From IMG/VR virus record IMGVR_UViG_3300020474_000993: a DNA stretch of 64,000 nucleotides; one strand, written 5' to 3'. This DNA is from a virus. Below the pieces are notes generated by a model. That model saw nothing but the letters and a program-made list of their open reading frames with translations, was not told the DNA's origin and made no database searches. Shown here in pieces: positions 56,870-64,000 of the stretch. The position numbers were made by a program, and so were the translations under genes. Position 1 is the first letter of the stretch. The number at the start of each line of letters is the position of its first letter.

Positions 56870-57453
56870 AAACATTAGTATATGCATTTGGAAGGATGAA
56901 CCCGCCTACTGCTGGTCATGGAAAACTTGTACAGAAGGTAAAACAACTTGCTCAAAGAGAAAGAGCAGACCACCTTATTGTAGTTAGTCACAGTCAAGAT
57001 AAACATAAGAACCCATTGACCCCACAGAAAAAAGTTGCCCATCTTAAAAAGATGTTCACAGGAACTAAATTCAAGGCATCTGATAGAGTCAACCCAAACT
57101 TCATAAAACAATTAGGTCTACTTACAGGAAAGTATGATAAGGTTATTATGGTTGCTGGTTCAGATAGGGTTCAAGAATTCCAGAGGATACTGGATAGATA
57201 CAATGGTAAGGATTTTAAATTTGACGAAATAGATGTAATCTCTGCTGGACAAAGAGACCCAGACGCGGAAGGCGTAACTGGTATAAGTGCTAGTAAGATG
57301 AGACTGTTCGCCAAGAACAATGATTTTAACTCATTCAAAAGAGGGTTGCCCGCTGGTTATAGTGGGTCTCAAGCTTTATTCAAAGATGTGAAGAGTGGGA
57401 TGGAGTTAAAGGAAGATAAACACTACACTTTTTCACAATTTTTAAGAGGATAA
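56866..57453 (+). CDS. HIGH-motif nucleotidyltransferase (cytidylyltransferase/NMNAT-like)
   Basis: FGRMNPPTAGH, GSDR, SASKMR. Confidence 0.85.
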   Translation: MKTLVYAFGRMNPPTAGHGKLVQKVKQLAQRERADHLIVVSHSQDKHKNPLTPQKKVAHLKKMFTGTKFKASDRVNPNFIKQLGLLTGKYDKVIMVAGSDRVQEFQRILDRYNGKDFKFDEIDVISAGQRDPDAEGVTGISASKMRLFAKNNDFNSFKRGLPAGYSGSQALFKDVKSGMELKEDKHYTFSQFLRG

Positions 57454-57456
57454 AAT

Positions 57457-58119
57457 ATGTCAAAATATCTAAAGGGTTTATTACCCACAACAGGATTGAA
57501 GTTCGACCCTAGTTCGGCACCTCATGGATACGCAGACCCCACTTCTAGTGGCGATGCTTTTTTACCAGACCTTGATTTCCCAAATGGGAAATGGGGATTA
57601 TTCGGGGCAAAATCAAGTGGGCCTGGCATCAGTGAACCAACTGATTTACCAGATGAATACTATGAAGAAGTAGCAGATAGAGAAGAACTTCTTGAACAAC
57701 TAAAAGAGGATGAAGGAGTAAAATATGAAATCTATCTCGACCACCTTGGGTACGCCACCTGTGGTATCGGTCATCTCCTCAAAGATGGGGACGAAGAATA
57801 TAACAAAGAAGTCGGAACCGAAGTCTCAGAAGAAAGAGTCATTGAACTCTTCAAACAAGATATCGGAATTGCCTGCCGAGACGCCGTTAATTTATACGGC
57901 TGGTCTGGATTTTGTGAGTGGCCAGAGGAAGTCCAAAATATCTGTATTAATATGATATTCAATATGGGTATGACTAGACTTAGCAAGTTTAAAAACATGC
58001 ACAAGGCATTAGAACAACAGAATTGGAAACAAGCAGCCATTGAAGGCCGCGACTCTAAATGGTACACACAAGTAACCAATAGAGCAGAAAGATTAATGAG
58101 TAAACTTGAAGAAGTATAA
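57457..58119 (+). CDS. T4-type lysozyme (GH24) with an N-terminal extension
   Basis: EG....Y.D.LGYAT.GIGH, NM.FNMG, S.WY.Q..NRA.R. Confidence 0.88.
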   Translation: MSKYLKGLLPTTGLKFDPSSAPHGYADPTSSGDAFLPDLDFPNGKWGLFGAKSSGPGISEPTDLPDEYYEEVADREELLEQLKEDEGVKYEIYLDHLGYATCGIGHLLKDGDEEYNKEVGTEVSEERVIELFKQDIGIACRDAVNLYGWSGFCEWPEEVQNICINMIFNMGMTRLSKFKNMHKALEQQNWKQAAIEGRDSKWYTQVTNRAERLMSKLEEV

Positions 58120-58166
58120 ACTGTATTTACACGGACGAATACACAAACAGGGAAGGATATGAACAA

Positions 58167-58751
58167 ATGGAGTGGATACTAGATTTAGCTATGACTTTTT
58201 GGATGTGGACGGTATTAATTGCCATCATCTTGATAGGTTGGATTATTGATAGATTAGACATGAGGGAAGAGACAGGATTAACATTTTCAATGAAGGAAAT
58301 GCCAGTCTTAAAACCAATTGTCATAGAGACAAAGGGTAAGGGGTTTTGGAAATCAATGCTTCATTGGTTTTTGTCTACAAGAAATTGGGAAGTAACCAAA
58401 GACTGGCACTACACAATAGATGATATTGAGTATGTTATTCCGAAAGGATTTCAGTTTGATGGTGCTAGTATTCCAAAATTTCTGAGAACATTTTTTTCTC
58501 CAGTAGGTATAATGCTGGTTGGTGGATTGGTACATGATTATGGATATAAGTATGAGACTTTGCTAATGAAAGGCAAAAAGAAAACAGTTGGAATTAAAGA
58601 CCAAAAGTGGATGGATGAAGTATTCAAAGACATTAATATTAATGTTAATGGGTTCTATCTATTTAACATTCTATCTTATTGGTCATTGAGATTGGCTGGA
58701 TTCATTGCTTGGAATGGGCATAGGAAACGGAACTTATCACCAAATATTTAA
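58167..58751 (+). CDS. DUF1353 family protein
   Basis: IPKGF.FDGASIP, VHDYGY. Confidence 0.8.
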   Translation: MEWILDLAMTFWMWTVLIAIILIGWIIDRLDMREETGLTFSMKEMPVLKPIVIETKGKGFWKSMLHWFLSTRNWEVTKDWHYTIDDIEYVIPKGFQFDGASIPKFLRTFFSPVGIMLVGGLVHDYGYKYETLLMKGKKKTVGIKDQKWMDEVFKDININVNGFYLFNILSYWSLRLAGFIAWNGHRKRNLSPNI

Positions 58752-58763
58752 TAAGGTTAAATT

Positions 58764-58979
58764 ATGACAGAAGTAGAATTGGTACAAAAATATAGCAACA
58801 AACTTGCTGAGTTGAACGAATTGCGAGACAGTGGTATGCTTAGTTTTGACGAATATAATGATTTAGTTGAGGACTTTCGAGATGTAAAAGCAATCGAAGC
58901 AGATATTGATGACCCCAAGTTAAAAGTATTTGCTAGTGCGGTAGTCAATAGTGTCTCATCCCAGATTAAAACATTATAA
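58764..58979 (+). CDS. SHOCT-like small protein
   Basis: LNELRDSGMLSFDEY. Confidence 0.6.
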   Translation: MTEVELVQKYSNKLAELNELRDSGMLSFDEYNDLVEDFRDVKAIEADIDDPKLKVFASAVVNSVSSQIKTL

Positions 58980-58990
58980 ATAGTCTTACT

Positions 58991-61336
58991 ATGGAAAAGA
59001 CTTTTGCAGACTTTGTAGACATACCAGAGCTTGAAGAAGGTGTCAATGACCCTGCCATTTTCAAGGCAATTTTCCTTGCCGGCGGGCCTGGGTCTGGTAA
59101 GTCTTTCATGGTTGGACAAACAGGTCTAACTGGATTGGGTTTCAAGATAGTCAACTCCGACCAACAATTTGAAATCGCCTTAAAAAAAGCAGGATTAACT
59201 CAAAAACCAGAAGACATATTCTCAACAAAAGGTCAATCTCTCAGAGACCGAGCTAAATTACTCACTGGAAAAAAACAAGATGGATATCTTGGTGGTAGAC
59301 TTGGATTAGTCATTGATGGTACTGGTAGAGAGTACGACAAAATCTCAAAACAAAAAACAGAACTAGAAAAACTGGGATATGAAACTGCCATGATAATGGT
59401 AAATACATCCCTACAAACTGCTGTTGGCAGAGACCAAGCAAGAGACAGGACATTGGGTAAGGCCGCTATCACTCCAATGTGGAAAGCGGTTCAGACAAAC
59501 ATTGGTAAATTTTCAAACCTTTTTAAACAAAATATGTACATCGTAGATAATTCGGATGGTGCAGATTTTAAAAGAGGTGCATTGTCTGTATATAGAAGTC
59601 TTATGTCTTGGTCAAAGAGACCACCTCAAGACAGGCGGGCAAAAGCATGGATTAAAAACGAAAAACAAAAACGCAATATCAAAGAAGAAAAAAAGAACTG
59701 TGGATGTGGACAAGACCCTTGTATCACATATGGCAAAAAAGAATTAAAACAAAAAATTAAAGAAGAATTACCACCGCATTTAAAAAGACATTTCGATAAG
59801 AAAGGAAATGTAGTACAGGGTACATGGAAAGATGGTAAGTGGAGTCCGAACAAGAAACAACCAAAAATCAAGACCACTATCAGAGATGTGACACCAAAAG
59901 GATATGGCCCAACCGAAGATATCAAGAACATGGATATGGGTGATGTAATCACAGATTTCTATAATAGTGATGCACCTCAGTTCAAAGGTAAATCTAAAAA
60001 GAAACGCAGAGAGATGGCGATTGCCGCTAAACTTTCTACTGAAGGAGTTTTTGACAGGGATTCTAAATCAAACTCTTTTAACAGAACTAAGTCTAAAACC
60101 ACAAAAGTAAAAATGGGTACTAAGGGTGGTAAACCAGTATACGGAAAATCTACCACACCTCAAGGATTCCCAAAACTATCAGAAGATTTAAGAAAGTGGT
60201 TTGGTAAAGGTAAGAAGGGGGATTGGATTCGCGTAGGCACAGACGGTGACATCAAGGGAGATTGTGCAAGAGAGCCTGGCGAGGGTAAACCGAAGTGTAT
60301 GCCTAGAGACAAAGCACACAGTATGTCTAAAAAAGACAGGGCGACATCTGCCAGAAGGAAACGCAGAGAAGACCCAGTTGCAGATAGAAAAGGTAAAGGT
60401 GGAAAACCAGTAATGGTTAAAACCGATGTCAAAGAAGATGTTCAAATTAGTAGGTACGAATGGGGTAGACCAGATGGTACTGCTTATATGAAAGCGCTGA
60501 CGCCTGGCGAGCCTGGTAAGACAACTAAAAAGAACAGGTCTAACGGAAACAAGAAACATTACAAGGCAGTAATGGAAGCAGGAGATAAAGAAGAATTAAA
60601 ATCAATATCATCTGCAACTCATGACCAAATGCATAAAGATGTAGATGGGACTCAAGATGACTTTGAAGGAATCATTACTCTTGATACTATGGATAATGAT
60701 TGGACTGCAATATTCACAGAACCAGAAATAGAAGCGATTGAACACGAAGTTGATGAACTTTCATTTGAAGATATGATGGGTCTGGGGATGTATGACAAAG
60801 AAGAATTAGAAGACTTTGAAGCATTTGACCAAGATATAGATTGGCATGATGATATACAAATAACTGAGGTTCTATCTATTCAAGGTAGAATGAAAAGGCG
60901 ATTCGCTGCTAGGAGAAATAGACAAAAACTTAAAGTTGCTCGTATGAGGGCATCAAGAAGGGCTGCTGACCCTGCTAGGTTGAAGAAGCGTGCTACTCGT
61001 GGTGCGAGGAATATGCTTAAGAATAGGATTGCTAGGGGTAGGGATTTAACTGCATTGCCACCCGCTGAGAAGGCTCGTATTGAAGGTATGGTAATGAGAT
61101 TTTCTGGATTAGTATCTAGGATTGCTCAGAGAATGATACCTATTGTTCGTAGGAATGAGATGAAAAGATTGAAATCTGGGTCAAGACAGAAATCACAAAA
61201 GGCGAAGAAGTATAATCCTAAGAAAGCATTAGCTTCTGCTTCAAAACAGAAGGGTAAAAAGTTTAAAGCAAGTAAGAAAACCTTTGCTAAACCAAAATTA
61301 GCAAGTAAACCAAAGGCGGCAACAAAAACGAAATGA
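58991..61336 (+). CDS. Multidomain late protein: P-loop kinase (zeta-toxin/PNK-like) plus several small modules
   Basis: AGGPGSGKS, VNSD, IDGTG; late promoter at 58975-58982. Confidence 0.75.
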   Translation: MEKTFADFVDIPELEEGVNDPAIFKAIFLAGGPGSGKSFMVGQTGLTGLGFKIVNSDQQFEIALKKAGLTQKPEDIFSTKGQSLRDRAKLLTGKKQDGYLGGRLGLVIDGTGREYDKISKQKTELEKLGYETAMIMVNTSLQTAVGRDQARDRTLGKAAITPMWKAVQTNIGKFSNLFKQNMYIVDNSDGADFKRGALSVYRSLMSWSKRPPQDRRAKAWIKNEKQKRNIKEEKKNCGCGQDPCITYGKKELKQKIKEELPPHLKRHFDKKGNVVQGTWKDGKWSPNKKQPKIKTTIRDVTPKGYGPTEDIKNMDMGDVITDFYNSDAPQFKGKSKKKRREMAIAAKLSTEGVFDRDSKSNSFNRTKSKTTKVKMGTKGGKPVYGKSTTPQGFPKLSEDLRKWFGKGKKGDWIRVGTDGDIKGDCAREPGEGKPKCMPRDKAHSMSKKDRATSARRKRREDPVADRKGKGGKPVMVKTDVKEDVQISRYEWGRPDGTAYMKALTPGEPGKTTKKNRSNGNKKHYKAVMEAGDKEELKSISSATHDQMHKDVDGTQDDFEGIITLDTMDNDWTAIFTEPEIEAIEHEVDELSFEDMMGLGMYDKEELEDFEAFDQDIDWHDDIQITEVLSIQGRMKRRFAARRNRQKLKVARMRASRRAADPARLKKRATRGARNMLKNRIARGRDLTALPPAEKARIEGMVMRFSGLVSRIAQRMIPIVRRNEMKRLKSGSRQKSQKAKKYNPKKALASASKQKGKKFKASKKTFAKPKLASKPKAATKTK

Positions 61337-61809
61337 TAAAATTTACAGAACTATTAGAAAAAAATGTACCGACCAATCCAAAGTTATGGTCTAAGTTTAA
61401 ATCACAGGCGAAATCAAAGTTTGATGTCTATCCCTCAGCATACGCGAATGGGTGGGCTGCCAAACAATATAAGAAAGCTGGTGGTGGATGGAAGACTGTA
61501 TCAGAAGAACTATCAGAGGAGACTGGCGAACAAATCACCATCATTAGTGAAGAGGGTGAAAAGAAGAAAGTCAAACTGGGTAAAGTTCAGAGAGGCGGTA
61601 GTAAGAAATTTTATGTACATGTCAAAAACGATAAAGGTAATGTTGTCAAGGTATCGTTTGGTGACCCAAATATGGAAATAAAACGAGATGACCCAGAACG
61701 CAGAAAGTCATTTCGTGCAAGGCACAATTGCGACAATCCAGGCCCTCGCTGGAAGGCAAGATACTGGAGTTGTAAGCAATGGAGGGCCGGTTCCAAAGTA
61801 GAGGATTAG
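61333..61809 (+). CDS. Two-domain basic protein common in large phages
   Basis: PSAYANGW..K.YK..GG.W; VSFGDP.M.IKRD.PERRKSFRARH.C. Confidence 0.7.
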   Translation: MIKFTELLEKNVPTNPKLWSKFKSQAKSKFDVYPSAYANGWAAKQYKKAGGGWKTVSEELSEETGEQITIISEEGEKKKVKLGKVQRGGSKKFYVHVKNDKGNVVKVSFGDPNMEIKRDDPERRKSFRARHNCDNPGPRWKARYWSCKQWRAGSKVED

Positions 61810-61810
61810 T

Positions 61811-62050
61811 ATGATTGAGTGGTTAAAAAAGATATTCTACGAGGAGTGGGAAATAACAATTTTCTATCCTGCTGAAACTAGAGTATTAGCAGATGGAACC
61901 AGAGTCGAAAGTCTAAAACCAAAAACATATAGGGCAAAAGCTCTAAAAAAGATATCTGAGAAACATTTTAAGTTTATTGATACTGAAGGTGTACTACATG
62001 AAATAAAAGTAGTCAACCCAGTTGGATACGATATTAAAAAGGTGTATTAA
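61811..62050 (+). CDS. Hypothetical protein
   Basis: GAGG RBS, coupled. Confidence 0.6.
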   Translation: MIEWLKKIFYEEWEITIFYPAETRVLADGTRVESLKPKTYRAKALKKISEKHFKFIDTEGVLHEIKVVNPVGYDIKKVY

Positions 62051-62253
62051 TGGAAGGACAAAGTATTAGTTCAGTTCCACCTGTATCCAGTATTGCTTCT
62101 TCATGGAGTGATAGACAGGTTGTTACAAGAGTATATTCTGGTGATAATGGACAAGTTAAAGTTCAACAGGATATATACAATATAACTGTATATGACGCGA
62201 TGGGTAACAAACAAACTGTGACAACTTCACACAGTATTGATTACCTAGTTTAA
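62050..62253 (+). CDS. Hypothetical protein
   Basis: TAATG coupling. Confidence 0.55.
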   Translation: MEGQSISSVPPVSSIASSWSDRQVVTRVYSGDNGQVKVQQDIYNITVYDAMGNKQTVTTSHSIDYLV

Positions 62254-62333
62254 TTATGTTCCTGTGATTGGTATCCCTAGCACTTGAACTTTATAAATAA
62301 TACCTATAAACGAATTTATATTGGAGATACCAA

Positions 62334-64000
62334 ATGTCCAGCAACTTAGACAGAATAATTAGAGAAGTCCTCACAGAAGGACAAAGTACTCTATTAGAAG
62401 CGGATATGTCAAGGAGACTTGATATGTTAGTGAGACAGGGATTAATGCCTGCATCACAATTACCTATTTTAAAACGCGGTTTAGAGAAATTCAACCAAGG
62501 TAAAGTGCCTGCTCCGAATGAAAGAAACGCGGTCAACACACTATTAAACGGTATGATGTTCATCGTATTGGGTGACGATACTGTATTCAATAGAGCAAGA
62601 ACCTCTGTACAACAGAAAAAATATCAAACAGAAGACTTAGAGGAATGTAAATCCGAAGAAGATTTCAAACCTCATATGATGTATGACCCTAAGACAGGCA
62701 AAGGCGTAAAAGCAGAAACTTACGAAGACCATGTAAAATTAGATAAAAAGGGATATACTCACGAGAAACCAGATGTTACTGAAGAATATGAGATAGTATC
62801 TGAAGCATATAAAACTGGTCACAAGTCTTATACCGATGCAGTTAATCACGCAATGGATCATCACAAAAAAGGTGGATTAGAATCTTCAGCAGATGACAGG
62901 GCACAACATATAGGTCTGGATTCCAAAAAGCCAGGCGAGGGTAAAACTACTCGCGTGAATCTTCCTGCTAAAGATAAAAATGGCAAGAAACATATGGTTC
63001 ATATGCAAGTCTATAACAAGGGTGGTTCACATCCATATGAGTTAAACACATACTCAAGTACAACAAAAGCATTGCAAAAAGAAGAACAACAGTTAGATGA
63101 GTATGGTGCAATGAGAAACGATAATCCATCTGCAAATACTGGTGGAATGAGAATTTCAAATAAAGACGCAGCTGCTGCCAAAGAAAGAGCAAAGAAAAAG
63201 AGTGCAGAGAAACGCGACAAGTTATCAAACATTATCAAAAAGAATACCATCCAGAAGGGCCCCATGAAAGGTTACATGACGGATGAAACTAATCAAGAGG
63301 AACAACAAATGAAAATAGATTGGTCTAAAAATCCTTTCGCTCAAGCAAAAGCAATGGAGGAAGGTGCATTTAAACGAATGGCCACCGATGCTGAAGAAAA
63401 TAGATTAGCCGCAGAAAGGAAGGCCAAGAAATTATCTGCTAAGAAAAGTAAAGAAGAAAAAGATACAGACCCCGGCATAGAGGAATCTGAATATTCAAGA
63501 CCCAAAGAGAAATCTGAGGACGAAACCAAAAAGATAAAGGCAAAGATGAAGGCGAAAGCAGAAGAAAAGCCTAACTATCAATCAGAAGGTGTCGCTAAGA
63601 ATACTCTTGATATCTATCAGGCACATGCTGATGCGAAGGGTAAGAAAACCCTCAAGTCTATTAGTAAACAAATGAATAAGGCGGTTACTAAAGCCAACGC
63701 AAAACTAAAGGAAGACTTAGAAGGTTTACCAGAGTTGGATGACATGGACTTAGAGATGCAAGAGAACTATCAGTCACCTACTAAGAACAACTATTCTGAT
63801 AAAGAACTTAGACAGGCCAAAGGTATCGCATTTGATAAGAGATACAAAGGTGGTAACATGACAGGTGCTGCTAAGGCAATGGAAAAAATCAAGAAAGGTT
63901 TATCCGACCATCCTGTTGCCTCTAAAGCATTACGAAAGGCAAATGAAGAACATTTAAAAGCCGAATATATTGACATGTTTGATGTAGAAAATTTCTCAGA
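62334..64000 (+). CDS. Large late multidomain (probably head-internal) protein, truncated by the window edge
   Basis: TATAAATA at 62292, GGAG RBS, MSSNLDRIIREVLTE...; frame appears open to 64000; not in the ORF track. Confidence 0.75.
   Translation, partial: MSSNLDRIIREVLTEGQSTLLEADMSRRLDMLVRQGLMPASQLPILKRGLEKFNQGKVPAPNERNAVNTLLNGMMFIVLGDDTVFNRARTSVQQKKYQTEDLEECKSEEDFKPHMMYDPKTGKGVKAETYEDHVKLDKKGYTHEKPDVTEEYEIVSEAYKTGHKSYTDAVNHAMDHHKKGGLESSADDRAQHIGLDSKKPGEGKTTRVNLPAKDKNGKKHMVHMQVYNKGGSHPYELNTYSSTTKALQKEEQQLDEYGAMRNDNPSANTGGMRISNKDAAAAKERAKKKSAEKRDKLSNIIKKNTIQKGPMKGYMTDETNQEEQQMKIDWSKNPFAQAKAMEEGAFKRMATDAEENRLAAERKAKKLSAKKSKEEKDTDPGIEESEYSRPKEKSEDETKKIKAKMKAKAEEKPNYQSEGVAKNTLDIYQAHADAKGKKTLKSISKQMNKAVTKANAKLKEDLEGLPELDDMDLEMQENYQSPTKNNYSDKELRQAKGIAFDKRYKGGNMTGAAKAMEKIKKGLSDHPVASKALRKANEEHLKAEYIDMFDVENFS

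Noticed and set aside
4346-63976. Numerous short minus-strand and nested ORFs in the ORF track
   Set aside because: They are shadows of well-supported plus-strand genes, with no RBS or recognisable motifs
1-64000. tRNA/rRNA genes, CRISPR array, stop-codon recoding
   Set aside because: No cloverleaf or repeat-spacer pattern seen in the short intergenic gaps; core genes are intact under the standard code and all three stop codons are used

Overview
64-kb segment of an AT-rich T4-like myovirus with marine-type gene order, similar to cyanophage and pelagiphage T4-likes. It covers a minus-strand glycosyltransferase cluster (1-3994); the neck/terminase/tail/head block (gp13-gp23, gp3); uvsY-uvsW-gp55; a candidate DNA-modification insert; gp47/46; auxiliary genes (def, iscU, iscA); cobT/cobS-like genes; the replication block (gp45, gp44, gp62, regA, hsp20, gp43, uvsX, gp41) with a Prx/Mom/NTase/radical SAM-SDR insert; a spanin/holin cassette; and late, probably head-packaged proteins. 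Spanins, IHF-like sites and a sigma32 promoter point to a Gram-negative proteobacterial host (inference). The most notable signals are: (i) a DNA-modification signature, with CCNGG and GGNCC seen only where they overlap GpC, together with BGT-like, DruA-like and Mom-like enzymes; (ii) GATC is nearly absent from the window yet sits in the -10 box of three IHF-flanked early promoters; (iii) a hairpin RNA whose CU-rich loop is complementary to the leaders of those same early genes; (iv) a sigma32 promoter plus ROSE-like thermometer on hsp20; (v) a glycosyltransferase fused to a Cys-less paralogue of the phage's own radical SAM-SDR enzyme. All calls were made by eye from motif recognition. No searches or counts were run computationally.
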